NCBI GenBank assembly: GCA_964543035.1
Contig: CAZIVL010000001.1
Span: 303,736-367,735, forward strand
Length of the DNA stretch: 64,000 nucleotides
Direction of reading: 5' to 3'
DNA from: an uncultured Gammaproteobacteria bacterium
GTDB lineage: Bacteria > Patescibacteriota > Microgenomatia > CAZETR01 > Amesbacteraceae
Within the stretch, counting starts at the first letter, position 1, and each line of letters begins with the position of its first letter. The notes beneath the pieces are model-generated. The model worked only from the letters and a program-made list of their open reading frames with translations. It had not been told where the DNA came from and made no database searches. A program made the position numbers and the translations under genes. This document shows, in pieces, positions 39,297-48,897 of this stretch.

Positions 39297-39722
39297 ATGT
39301 TTGTTGGCCAATACGATCACTCTCTCGAAGCAAAAGGCAGATTATCTGTCCCCAAAAAATTCCGCTCCCAGCTGGAAGCTGGCGCGGTCTTGAGTCAGGG
39401 GCTCGATGGCTGTCTTTTTCTGTACTCCAAGGAAGCTTGGAATCAGCTCATTTACAAGTTGTCCCAACTACCCCTGACCAGATCCGACGCTCGTTCTTTT
39501 ACCAGAGCTATGAGTTATGGAGCAGTCGAGGTAGATATAGACTCGGTCGGTCGCATCCTGGTTCCCGAATACTTACAAAAGTATGCGGGTCTCAAATCAG
39601 ATTGTGTCGTAGCAGGTGCCATTGATCGTATCGAAATCTGGGACAAACAAAAATTTGAGGAATATACTGCTCAAGTTAATTCCAGTCTTGAGACTGTAGC
39701 TGAAAAACTTGACATATCATAA
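39297..39722 (+). CDS. mraZ: Transcriptional regulator MraZ
   Basis: MFVGQYDHSLEAKGRL, GLDGCL, DSVGRIL, RIEIWD. Confidence 0.95.
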   Translation: MFVGQYDHSLEAKGRLSVPKKFRSQLEAGAVLSQGLDGCLFLYSKEAWNQLIYKLSQLPLTRSDARSFTRAMSYGAVEVDIDSVGRILVPEYLQKYAGLKSDCVVAGAIDRIEIWDKQKFEEYTAQVNSSLETVAEKLDIS

Positions 39723-40527
39723 GCCAGTACTTTTACAACCAGCTTGCGCTTATTTAAACATTACGCAAGGCAAAAAATATATTGACGCCACACTTGGCGG
39801 AGGAGGCCACGCCCAAGAGATCATTTCTCGAGGAGGGGAGGTCTTAGGACTCGATCAAGATCCAGATAGTCTAGACTTCGTCTCAGACCAAGATGGCTTG
39901 ATCAAAGTCAGATCCAATTTTGTCCACCTAAAAGATGTAGCTATTCAATATAACTTTTTCCCTTGCGATGGAATTATTTTCGATCTTGGTGTCTCGTCTC
40001 ATCAGATAGACACAGGGACGAGGGGCTTTTCTTTTCAAAAAGAAGGTCCCCTGGACATGCGTATGGACCCATCGCTGGAGACTACCGCGAGCGACCTCGT
40101 AAACAGTCTTCCCGTGTCCCAGCTTGCCCATATTTTCAAAGTATTTGGTGAGGTCAAAGGTAGTGGACTGCTGGCAAAAAAAATAGTCGAACATCGCCCA
40201 CTCCGGTCCACTCAAGAGCTAGCAGCTCTGACCGGGTTGGAGACCAGACCTGCCTTTCAAGCTCTACGAATTGCCGTCAACGACGAATTGGGGAGTCTCG
40301 AGATAGCTTTGCCCCAAGCAGTTAGTTGTCTAAACACCGGGGGTACCATGGTCGTCATCTCATTTCATTCTCTCGAAGATCGTATCGTAAAAACCCAATT
40401 TGAAGAATTTGAATCCCAAAAAATTGGGGTGATCGAAACCAAAAATCCCATAGTTCCGGACGAAGTCGAGATCAAAAACAATCCCAGATCAAAAAGTGCC
40501 AAGCTGCGAGTATTTAAAAAATTATGA
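39709..40527 (+). CDS. rsmH: 16S rRNA m4C1402 methyltransferase
   Basis: HKPVL, DATLGGGGH, DLGVSS, PLDMRMD, FQALRIAVNDE, SFHSLEDR. Confidence 0.96.
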   Translation: MTYHKPVLLQPACAYLNITQGKKYIDATLGGGGHAQEIISRGGEVLGLDQDPDSLDFVSDQDGLIKVRSNFVHLKDVAIQYNFFPCDGIIFDLGVSSHQIDTGTRGFSFQKEGPLDMRMDPSLETTASDLVNSLPVSQLAHIFKVFGEVKGSGLLAKKIVEHRPLRSTQELAALTGLETRPAFQALRIAVNDELGSLEIALPQAVSCLNTGGTMVVISFHSLEDRIVKTQFEEFESQKIGVIETKNPIVPDEVEIKNNPRSKSAKLRVFKKL

Positions 40528-40793
40528 AATTAATAATTGCGACTATCATTGTTCTCAATGTCTGCCTGTCGGGATTCCAGTTCTTTTTGACGACAGTCAG
40601 ATCCTCAGACGGCAAGAAGCTTTGGGAGCTCCAAGGCCAGATTGCCAGGATCACGACTGAAAATACAGATTTGAAAAATCAAATCGCCCAAAAGGTCTCA
40701 GTTGCCCAAGTTTATCAAGATGCGACCTCAGCTTCTCTCTCGGCTATACCGGTTACGACGCTTTCTCCAAAGCCCGTCGCCGTTCTCCCATGA
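40524..40793 (+). CDS. FtsL-like small bitopic coiled-coil protein
   Basis: TM plus coiled coil; sits between rsmH and ftsI. Confidence 0.65.
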   Translation: MKLIIATIIVLNVCLSGFQFFLTTVRSSDGKKLWELQGQIARITTENTDLKNQIAQKVSVAQVYQDATSASLSAIPVTTLSPKPVAVLP

Positions 40794-42454
40794 ATCACCG
40801 ATCTTCTTGGATCAAAGCGATTTTTATCCTCTGGTTTATTGCTATCATTTTGCGGCTCGGCTACTGGCAGTTCATAAAAGGCAGTGATCTCAGGCGTCAG
40901 GCAGACAGCGAGCATCTTGTCTCCGAGGTCCTGACTGCCCCCAGGGGAGACATTCTTGCATCCGATGGTCAGCCGTTGGTTACGAACACCGAGCGGTACT
41001 TATTCTATGTAGATCCCAAGATGCTTCCCCGTGACTACGAGACTCTAAATAAGCTTATGACTTCGCTTTCGGCCTCAGAAAGTGGTAAGCGCCTAGAAGA
41101 AGCAATCAAATCAGATCTCTCGTGGTACTGGATCGAAAAAGGCCTAACGCCTGCGCAAAAAAAACGCATAGAAAGTCTCAAGGTCACAGGCGTAGGCTTT
41201 GAATCAGAGCCCATCCGCCTGTATCCTGAGGGGTCGGCCAGTGCCTACCTGACTGGTTTTGTAGGTCGTGATTCCCAAGGGGGACCAGTAGGTTACTTTG
41301 GTCTGGAAGGGTTTTACAACCGTCTGTTATCAGGAGTCCCCGGACGCATTTCTCAAGAACAGGATGCCTTTGGTCGGCCCATCTTGCTGTCTGCCCCTGC
41401 TCGTATCCAGCCCAAGCCTGGAAAGACTCTCAACACTTCTATCGACCGCACTCTCCAATTTATTGCCACCAAAAAGCTCATTGAGGGGTTGGCAAAGTAT
41501 CAAGCAGCATCTGGCACAGTCTCTATCATGGAGACCGAGTCTGGTCGAGTATTGAGCCTTGTGTCTTGGCCAAACTACGATCCGGCTAGTTTTGCCAAGT
41601 TTGACGGCAGTCTATATGCCAATCCCATAGTCACCGAAGGGTACGAACCCGGTTCCACTTTCAAAGCCATTGTCATGGCCTCGGCTCTAGATGCCGGAGT
41701 CGTAACTCGTGACACGATCTGTGACATCTGTTCGGGTCCAGTGACCATCTACGACGCGACAGTCGGCAGCTGGAATGGAAAATATCACAAAGATAGCAAC
41801 ATGACTGACGTGATCCTCCATTCAGACAATGTGGGCATGGTTTTTGTAGGAAGAAAACTTGGCAAGACAAAATTATTAGAATACATCCGAAAATTTGGGT
41901 TTGGAAAAAAGACCGGCATCGATCTTCAAGAGGAATCCACTCCGATTCTTAGGCCAGATTCTGAATGGTTTGACATCGATTGGGCCACGGCATCATTTGG
42001 TCAAGGAATCGCAGTCACTCGCATCCAGATGCTAGCCGGAGTCAACACTATTGCCAACCAGGGTCTGTGGGTGGAGCCCAGAATCGGAAGTAGTGAAGGC
42101 CTCCCAAAACAGATCTCCCGTCCAGTAATCTCGTCCAAGGCTGCCGCAGGCATCACCCAAATGATGGTAAATGGTGTCCAAAATGGAGAAGTTCGCTACT
42201 ACAAGCCTTCAGGATATCTCATAGCCGGAAAGACAGGTACGGCCCAGATTCCTATTCAGGGTCATTATGATGCGGACAAGTTTATTGCCTCGTTTGTGGG
42301 TTTTGCCCCAGCTGACAAACCTAGGTTTACGATGCTAGTTACACTTACTGACCCCAAGACATCCAGATGGGGGAGTACGACGGCTGCTCCCCTGTGGTTT
42401 GACATCGCCCGCGAAATTTTTAGGTATTATCAGATCCCTCCAGTTACTAAGTAG
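40790..42454 (+). CDS. ftsI: Class B penicillin-binding protein (FtsI-like)
   Basis: RGDI, EPGSTFK (SxxK), SDN, KTGTAQ. Confidence 0.92.
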   Translation: MNHRSSWIKAIFILWFIAIILRLGYWQFIKGSDLRRQADSEHLVSEVLTAPRGDILASDGQPLVTNTERYLFYVDPKMLPRDYETLNKLMTSLSASESGKRLEEAIKSDLSWYWIEKGLTPAQKKRIESLKVTGVGFESEPIRLYPEGSASAYLTGFVGRDSQGGPVGYFGLEGFYNRLLSGVPGRISQEQDAFGRPILLSAPARIQPKPGKTLNTSIDRTLQFIATKKLIEGLAKYQAASGTVSIMETESGRVLSLVSWPNYDPASFAKFDGSLYANPIVTEGYEPGSTFKAIVMASALDAGVVTRDTICDICSGPVTIYDATVGSWNGKYHKDSNMTDVILHSDNVGMVFVGRKLGKTKLLEYIRKFGFGKKTGIDLQEESTPILRPDSEWFDIDWATASFGQGIAVTRIQMLAGVNTIANQGLWVEPRIGSSEGLPKQISRPVISSKAAAGITQMMVNGVQNGEVRYYKPSGYLIAGKTGTAQIPIQGHYDADKFIASFVGFAPADKPRFTMLVTLTDPKTSRWGSTTAAPLWFDIAREIFRYYQIPPVTK

Positions 42455-42477
42455 CATATAATATAGGGGTACGACAT

Positions 42478-42861
42478 ATGAAAATAAAAAAACACAAAAT
42501 ATCGTTTGTACACGCTTTTGAAGGTCTCCTCTACGCCGTTCGTACCCAACCAAACTTTCTTATGCATCTGCTCATTTCGGCGACAGTCGTGATTTCCGGC
42601 ATAATCATTTCTCTTACAAACATCGAGTGGATTATTTTGTCCCTCACCATCTTCATAGGCTTGGTTATTGAGCTTATAAATACAGCCATTGAAGCTTCTG
42701 TGGATCTGTCCACAACCAAATTTCATCCCGTGGCAAAAATCGCCAAAGATACCGCCGCCGCCGCCATGCTCATTTATGCTTTAGGAGCTTGTATCATTGG
42801 TCTGTTAATTTTTTTACCCAGAATATTAACTTTTTCAAGTTATTTAGGATTTAGTTTTTAG
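42478..42861 (+). CDS. dgkA: Diacylglycerol/undecaprenol kinase family
   Basis: SFVHAFEG, ELINTAIE..VD, AKIAKDTAAAA. Confidence 0.9.
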   Translation: MKIKKHKISFVHAFEGLLYAVRTQPNFLMHLLISATVVISGIIISLTNIEWIILSLTIFIGLVIELINTAIEASVDLSTTKFHPVAKIAKDTAAAAMLIYALGACIIGLLIFLPRILTFSSYLGFSF

Positions 42862-42870
42862 GTTTTAGAG
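42843..42870 (+). repeat. Heptamer array (TTTAGnn)x4 spanning dgkA stop
   Basis: TTTAGGA TTTAGTT TTTAGGT TTTAGAG. Confidence 0.75.
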
Positions 42871-42879
42871 TTTTAATAA

Positions 42880-43854
42880 ATGGCTACCTATTTAGGCATT
42901 TTACTGTTTTCATTCATTATCACAGGCATCCTCATGGTGCCGTTTATTGACCTACTCTTTCGCCTCAATCTGACCCACAAGTCCAAGTCCGTTGAAAAAA
43001 AGTCAGGTACCCCGGTAGGAGCAGGGGTCCTACTTATAGTCCTAATCACGGCTTTATTTGCTTTCATAATTCCACTGGTCGCCAGATTGGGCTTACCATT
43101 TACATCTCTTTTTTCACCCAGAGTCGAGTACCTGGCCATCTTTTTTACATTGATCTCATTTGGGTTGCTGGGACTGTTTGAGGATTTGGTAAAAGTCTTT
43201 GGTCTAAAAAAAAGCTATCTCAAGGTCAAACACCCTGCCCAAATTATTTTGAGCCTGATTTCTGCCACTATTATTTGTGTTGGCCTTGGAATAAATCACA
43301 TCAATCTCCCAATATTGGGAGTTTTAAATTTTGGGGCACTTTATATCCCCATTTCAGCGGGCATTATTTATATCTTTGCTAGGGGAGTGGACATTACCGA
43401 CGGTCTGGATGGTCTGGCGGGAGGCAATTTGCTTATATCTTTGGCATCGTTTTGGATATTGGCTCTCTCTGCCCTCGACACCCATATCAGCATTTTTGTG
43501 GCCATTTGGATTGGTGGCCTACTCGCCTTTTTGTATTTCAATGTTCATCCGGCCCGGGTTTGGTTAGGTAACGCCGGCAGTCTCAGTTTTGGCGCGACTT
43601 TGGCCGTTATCGCCCTGATCTTAGGCAAGCTGGCTCCACTTCTGGTTATTGGGGCCATATTTTTGGTAGAAGCCCTATCAAATTTGCTTCAATACGCGTC
43701 TCTTAGACTGAGATCTCGCAAATTATTTCCTTACTCACCTCCTCATTATTGGCTAATGGCCATAGGTTGGCATGAGGCAAAAGTCACGCTCAGATCTTGG
43801 TTGATTGCCACACTCCTGGCCCTATCCGGTCTCTGGCTCTCAACTCTTACATGA
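42880..43854 (+). CDS. mraY: MraY-family phospho-N-acetylmuramoyl-pentapeptide transferase with degenerate catalytic motifs
   Basis: TP..G, TDGLDGL, FLYFNVHPAR, W.E.KV..R.W and dcw position; DD->ED, GD->GN, HHH->HYW. Confidence 0.85.
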   Translation: MATYLGILLFSFIITGILMVPFIDLLFRLNLTHKSKSVEKKSGTPVGAGVLLIVLITALFAFIIPLVARLGLPFTSLFSPRVEYLAIFFTLISFGLLGLFEDLVKVFGLKKSYLKVKHPAQIILSLISATIICVGLGINHINLPILGVLNFGALYIPISAGIIYIFARGVDITDGLDGLAGGNLLISLASFWILALSALDTHISIFVAIWIGGLLAFLYFNVHPARVWLGNAGSLSFGATLAVIALILGKLAPLLVIGAIFLVEALSNLLQYASLRLRSRKLFPYSPPHYWLMAIGWHEAKVTLRSWLIATLLALSGLWLSTLT

Positions 43855-44912
43855 AAAAATCTGTCCTGCTCACTCTTTTGGTTTTAGCATTTTGTGTGTT
43901 CGGGGTGATCATGGTTGGCAATTCATCTGTTGTGACCGCAGTCCGTGACTTTTCTGACAAGTGGTATTATCTCAAGCTTCAGCTCGGATGGGCGGGACTA
44001 GGAATGATAGGATTTTTGGTCTTTTCTAACTTTAATCACAAGCGACTAGAACACTTGGCAGTTCCTTTTATGGGATTTTGTATCTTTCTTCTGCTCGTAG
44101 TTTTGATCCCAGGCGTGGGTCTGCACCTACTGGGAGCTCGGCGATGGATAAATCTTGGGCTATTTTCTTTTCAACCCGCCGAGATTACCAAACTGGCTGT
44201 GTGTGTATATTTGGCGTTGTTGTTCAAAAAACCCTACCGTTTTCTGCAGTTTTTAGCTCCCATCACTATCATCTGTGGTCTGATCATGTTGGAGCCAGAT
44301 TTGGGTACGACCATATCTATTGTGGGCACCGCATTTCTTATGTATTTGGGCACGGGAGGCAAGCTCTTGCATTTGACAGCAGCCGTTCCTGTGGGCATCC
44401 TGGCCATTATTCTTCTTATATATGTCTCTCCCTATAGACTTGCCAGGCTTCAGACATTTTTTGATCATACCAGTGACCCGTTGGGTGCTTCGTATCAGAT
44501 CCGTCAGTCTCTAATCGGTATTGGCTCAGGTGGTTTTTTAGGGAGGGGGCTGGGGCAATCCCGGCAAAAGTATGAGTTTTTGCCCGAGGCAAATACCGAT
44601 TCTATCTTTGCCGTCATTACCGAAGAGTTAGGTTTTGTGGGTGCGGCCACTCTTATATCCGGATATTTGATATTTATTATTACCGGGCTTCAAGTGAGTC
44701 ACCTGGCAAAAGATCATTTTTCCAAAAATCTTAGCCTAGGAATTACCAGTCTGGTAGGAGTCCAAGCTTTTATCAACCTTTCCTCTCTTTTGGCCCTCTT
44801 CCCCCTGACCGGCATCCCCCTTATCTTTATTTCCTACGGAGGCACAGCCTTAGTCGTGGCGCTGGCCGCCTCAGGCTTACTCGTTAATATTGCAAAATCT
44901 GAGAAGATCTAG
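43851..44912 (+). CDS. ftsW: SEDS protein FtsW
   Basis: GARRW, QPAEI.K, EPDLGT, QS.QK..FLPEA.TDSIF, TGIPL.FISYGG. Confidence 0.93.
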   Translation: MKKSVLLTLLVLAFCVFGVIMVGNSSVVTAVRDFSDKWYYLKLQLGWAGLGMIGFLVFSNFNHKRLEHLAVPFMGFCIFLLLVVLIPGVGLHLLGARRWINLGLFSFQPAEITKLAVCVYLALLFKKPYRFLQFLAPITIICGLIMLEPDLGTTISIVGTAFLMYLGTGGKLLHLTAAVPVGILAIILLIYVSPYRLARLQTFFDHTSDPLGASYQIRQSLIGIGSGGFLGRGLGQSRQKYEFLPEANTDSIFAVITEELGFVGAATLISGYLIFIITGLQVSHLAKDHFSKNLSLGITSLVGVQAFINLSSLLALFPLTGIPLIFISYGGTALVVALAASGLLVNIAKSEKI

Positions 44913-44914
44913 CT

Positions 44915-45697
44915 TCAGTTGGCGCTGGTATATCTTTTTATCGACGCATTCCAAAATATTCTCGTAATACAAAACAAGATTGTTGCAGCCAAAGCCATAT
45001 AGAGTATCGACTGGATATGTATTTCTCCAAAAAGAATCTGGGCTGGAATTGTAGTTATTATCATAAGAGGCACTAATCCAAAAGCAACCGCCTGTACATA
45101 TGCTGGATATGCAGATACCGGAAATCTGGAAAAGTCTGCTAGCTCAGCCGGAATATTCGTAGCATTTTCAATAAATTCAAAATAAAAACCCAGAGTTGCA
45201 GTCATCATCCAAAAACAGTAATAGATCACAAGACCAAAAACTATAGTCAAGATTGTTAACAACAGGGAAGCCATGCTAAAGGTAATTTCACTATTTGCGA
45301 TTACCCATGCACAGACAATGATGCCTTCAAATAGGCCAAACAAAGCATTCGTAATTATTCTCTTAAAAGAAGTGAAAAATTGACTATCAATTGGCTTACT
45401 AAGAATTAAATCTAGTTTGCCAGAATGGATGTCATACACTGTCCTTTTCATGTTTCCATACCAGAAAAAATGCGCAACTGAGTTATATATCATCCACATT
45501 CCAACCAATATAATCATCTGATTTACACTCCAACCTCCGAGACCTCCGGTCACATTTCCGATAGCCAGTACAGCAAACAGAGAAAAATTAGACCAGGTAG
45601 CATTGGCAATTACGTTCGCCCAAAAACTTGAACGGTACTGAGTGTCAAACTTTAAATTTTGTTTCAGTAGTGAGAAGCCAGCTTTAATGTGTTTCAT
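44915..45697 (-). CDS. ABC-2 family transporter permease (DUF990-like)
   Basis: YRSSF, G.LD.IL.KPID, RFP..AYP, RYTSAN. Confidence 0.85.
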   Translation of the reverse strand: MKHIKAGFSLLKQNLKFDTQYRSSFWANVIANATWSNFSLFAVLAIGNVTGGLGGWSVNQMIILVGMWMIYNSVAHFFWYGNMKRTVYDIHSGKLDLILSKPIDSQFFTSFKRIITNALFGLFEGIIVCAWVIANSEITFSMASLLLTILTIVFGLVIYYCFWMMTATLGFYFEFIENATNIPAELADFSRFPVSAYPAYVQAVAFGLVPLMIITTIPAQILFGEIHIQSILYMALAATILFCITRIFWNASIKRYTSAN

Positions 45698-46494
45698 AGT
45701 CCTACAGCAGAAAATTTAGTAATTCCTTTTTTCCACATCCACTTCGACAGTAAAAAAAGTCCAATTAGCCACATAATCTGGTTTGCAATTCCTGCAAGTA
45801 TTGTCGAGGTATTTAGATTCCCTATCACCATTTGTGTAGGAAAAAACACTATGTATTTAAAAGGTAGGAAATTGAGAATATTTTGTAAAAACAAAGGGAA
45901 GAGAACCACCGGAATCAATCTGCCCGTCAGTAGCTCATTAAGCATATTAAACAGATGCTTATATCCAGTAGTCGTTTCGGTAAAAAAACCTATGTACCCG
46001 ACACAAAGCGATATACCAAAACTAATCAAATATCCCAAGATTAAAGACATAACAAGTAGCATCAAATATCCAAAGCTTTTATCTAGCAGATTTACGACTA
46101 TTCCATTTGCAAACACGATCAAAGCAATAATTGCCGGCACTGCATAAGTTGCAAACTTGACCGAATACCAGGCTACTTCCCAAAATAGTCTGTTTAGCAT
46201 GTAGTCAAACGGCTTTATTACATAATTCGACAAATTACCATCTTTGATGTCTTCATCGACATGTTCTGAGACTGCAGACACCCACATGGAAAGCATCAGT
46301 ACCACCAAGTAATACCCCACCAGTTGTTCAAGGGTATATCCTCTCAAAGAATTTCCTTCAGAGTAGTATTTTGTCCACACCGAAATCATAATTAGTGGGC
46401 TCATCATTCCAATTAGGACCCAGACAAAATTTCTACCCCTGTGCATCAGGGCTTTTTGGACTGTTATGCCAAATACAGACAAATACTTTCTCAT
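45694..46494 (-). CDS. ABC-2 family transporter permease (DUF990-like)
   Basis: IKDG.LS.Y.IKP, G.LIP...FP, LPFKY..FFP, FSAVG. Confidence 0.85.
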   Translation of the reverse strand: MRKYLSVFGITVQKALMHRGRNFVWVLIGMMSPLIMISVWTKYYSEGNSLRGYTLEQLVGYYLVVLMLSMWVSAVSEHVDEDIKDGNLSNYVIKPFDYMLNRLFWEVAWYSVKFATYAVPAIIALIVFANGIVVNLLDKSFGYLMLLVMSLILGYLISFGISLCVGYIGFFTETTTGYKHLFNMLNELLTGRLIPVVLFPLFLQNILNFLPFKYIVFFPTQMVIGNLNTSTILAGIANQIMWLIGLFLLSKWMWKKGITKFSAVGL

Positions 46495-46522
46495 AAGAAT
46501 ATAATAGTGCTACTCATAGTAT

Positions 46523-47587
46523 ATGAAAACCCTTGTTTTTACCGGTGGTCATCACAATAGCGCACTTCCCGTGGCGACTGCTCTCAAAAAAGAAGGTACC
46601 AATATCGTCTGGCTCGGCCACAGACATAGCCAGTGGGGAGACACCTCCGACTCAGCTGAGTACAGTGATGTGACGGCTTCAGGCATCCCCTTTTTTGACC
46701 TCCAAGCCGGCAAGTTTTACAAGACTTTTCACCCTCTCAAACTTATTCGCATACCCTGGGGCTTTTTGCAGGCGTTTTATTATTTACTTAAGATTCGCCC
46801 CCAGGGCATTGTTTCTTTTGGTGGATATCTGGCCGTCCCGGTTGTATTTGTAGGCTGGATACTAGGCATTCCCAGTATCACCCACGAGCAGACAGTGGTG
46901 GCCGGCTGGGCCAATAGGTTCATCGTTCACTTTGTAAAAAAGATTGCCATTACTTGGCCCGAGAGTGCCATCCACTTTCCCAAAGACAAAGTCGTAATTA
47001 CCGGCCTCCCCCTTCGCCCCGAATTAGTAAATCTAAAGAACAATCAAAAAACCAATCACCAATCACCAAAAGCTATATATGTTACCGGTGGCAAGCAAGG
47101 ATCGCACGTCATAAATAGCGTGGTCTTTGCCGCTCTCCCAGAGCTTACCAAAAGCTTCAAGGTGATCCATCAGACAGGTACTTCGACTATTTACGACGAT
47201 GTGGGCAAATCGGCCACCTTGAAATTGCCAAATTATCAGGCTTTTGGTTACGATTCGTCTCTTGCCATAGAAGCTTTCTCAAAAGCAGACATCGTAGTCA
47301 GTCGGGCCGGGGCTCACACCACCTACGAACTATTGTATCTGGGCCTAAAATGCGTTCTGATCCCGATTCCTTGGGTCTCACACAATGAGCAGTTACAAAA
47401 TGCCTTGCTACTCGAAAGACAAAATCTAGCCGTGATACTAAATCAAGACGAGTTGACTGTGAAAAATTTGCTTGACGCGATAGCCAAATGTGTTAGTCTG
47501 ACTCCACAAAAGGTTACAGAAGTAGGCGATGGCTTGCCAAAGCTCATAGAATTGATTCATAATACTCTAACTAATGGCCAAAAATAA
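46523..47587 (+). CDS. murG: MurG glycosyltransferase (GT28)
   Basis: TGGH, GGY..VP, HEQT, TGLPLR, GGKQGS, RAGA.T, EQ..NA. Confidence 0.92.
   Translation: MKTLVFTGGHHNSALPVATALKKEGTNIVWLGHRHSQWGDTSDSAEYSDVTASGIPFFDLQAGKFYKTFHPLKLIRIPWGFLQAFYYLLKIRPQGIVSFGGYLAVPVVFVGWILGIPSITHEQTVVAGWANRFIVHFVKKIAITWPESAIHFPKDKVVITGLPLRPELVNLKNNQKTNHQSPKAIYVTGGKQGSHVINSVVFAALPELTKSFKVIHQTGTSTIYDDVGKSATLKLPNYQAFGYDSSLAIEAFSKADIVVSRAGAHTTYELLYLGLKCVLIPIPWVSHNEQLQNALLLERQNLAVILNQDELTVKNLLDAIAKCVSLTPQKVTEVGDGLPKLIELIHNTLTNGQK
47047..47067 (+). repeat. Heptamer array (AAnnACC)x3 in murG linker
   Basis: AAAAACC AATCACC AATCACC. Confidence 0.55.
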
Positions 47588-48836
47588 AATAGTTTCAGCA
47601 ATAGATATTGGAAGTTCAAAAGTAACTGCCCTCATAGGTCAGATCCGCCCGGACCAGACCGACAAAGTTCATGTGATAGGCGCCGCTTCATCCGTCTCAA
47701 AAGGCGTCAGAAAAGGCCAGATCGTAAATATCGAAGAAGCAGTCACCTCAATTGCCGAAGCCGTCGAAGCGGCCGAGCGCATGGCGGGGTTCAATTTTTC
47801 CCGTGCTTGGGTCTCAGTCGGGGGTTCACACATCGGTTCCCAAAATAGTCATGGCGTCGTCGCAGTCAGTCAGCCCCAGGGAGAGATCAATCCCGAGGAT
47901 GTAAGAAGAGTTTTGGAAGCAGCTCGGGCAGTCTCTCTTCCGACAGCCAATGAGATCATCCACGTCATCCCCAAAAATTACACCGTAGACAGCCAAGATG
48001 GAGTAAAAGATCCCGTGGGTATGACCGGAGTCCGGCTTGAGGTAGATACTCATATCGTCACTGGCTCTTCGCCAGTCATAAAAAATCTTTCCAAATGTGT
48101 AGGCGAGGTGGGTTGTGATGTAGCGGGTCTAGTATTTTCCGGACTGGCCTCTTCTCACTCCGTTCTCTCAGATACCGAAAAAGAGCTTGGGGTGGTCCTC
48201 GTCGACATCGGCGGTGGTACCATGAGTCTGTCTATATATGTAGAAGGGGCCTTGGCCTATTCCCAGGTCTGTCCAGTAGGCGCCATCAATGTCACCAAAG
48301 ATTTGGCTGCCGGACTGCGGATTTCTCTGGAAAGTGCTGAAAAGATCAAGTTACTTCTTTCCAAGATGAAATCCAAAGAAGACGATATCGACATCACGTC
48401 TTTAGGCCTTCCCGAGGAGATGAAGACCGTTTCCTACAAGACTTTAGTCGAGGGCATCATTCGCCCGCGTCTAAACGAAATGTTTCAAACCATCGCCTCC
48501 GAGATAAAAAAATCCGGCCTCGCAGGTCTTACTCCTTCAGGACTAGTCTTGTGTGGGGGCGGTGCCATGACAGTCAGCATCGTTGAGAGTGCAAAAAGGA
48601 TGTTGGGTATGCCCGTTCGTGTTGGTACTCCATCTGGCATCACAGGCCTCATAGATGACATCACCACTCCTGCTTTTGCGGCCTCTATAGGTCTCCTCAA
48701 ATATGCTCATGCTCTTCAAGATGCTGAAGTATCCACTAGTTCATCGTTTAGTCCATCACTACCATCATTTGACAAGTTTCCAGTAAAGGGCGTTCTTGGG
48801 CGTATTGCTCAGACGATTAAATCTTTACTCCCTTGA
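47574..48836 (+). CDS. ftsA: Cell division protein FtsA
   Basis: DIGSSK, AERMAG, P.GM.GVRLE, DIGGGT, AEKIK. Confidence 0.96.
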   Translation: MAKNKIVSAIDIGSSKVTALIGQIRPDQTDKVHVIGAASSVSKGVRKGQIVNIEEAVTSIAEAVEAAERMAGFNFSRAWVSVGGSHIGSQNSHGVVAVSQPQGEINPEDVRRVLEAARAVSLPTANEIIHVIPKNYTVDSQDGVKDPVGMTGVRLEVDTHIVTGSSPVIKNLSKCVGEVGCDVAGLVFSGLASSHSVLSDTEKELGVVLVDIGGGTMSLSIYVEGALAYSQVCPVGAINVTKDLAAGLRISLESAEKIKLLLSKMKSKEDDIDITSLGLPEEMKTVSYKTLVEGIIRPRLNEMFQTIASEIKKSGLAGLTPSGLVLCGGGAMTVSIVESAKRMLGMPVRVGTPSGITGLIDDITTPAFAASIGLLKYAHALQDAEVSTSSSFSPSLPSFDKFPVKGVLGRIAQTIKSLLP

Positions 48837-48843
48837 TCGGCCC

Positions 48844-48852
48844 TGTTACAAT
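48844..48852 (+). promoter_or_regulatory. Possible extended -10 internal promoter for ftsZ
   Basis: TGtTACAAT in ftsA-ftsZ spacer. Confidence 0.45.
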
Positions 48853-48897
48853 CGGCTCGTCCTTCCGTCTGCTCCCGGAATGTAATTTTTATTGTAT

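Noticed and set aside
45689-46147. 152-aa plus-strand ORF and other long antisense ORFs (11979-12551, 24006-24509, 28932-29333, 49516-49902)
   Set aside because: Fully overlap well-supported genes on the opposite strand and have no recognisable motifs.
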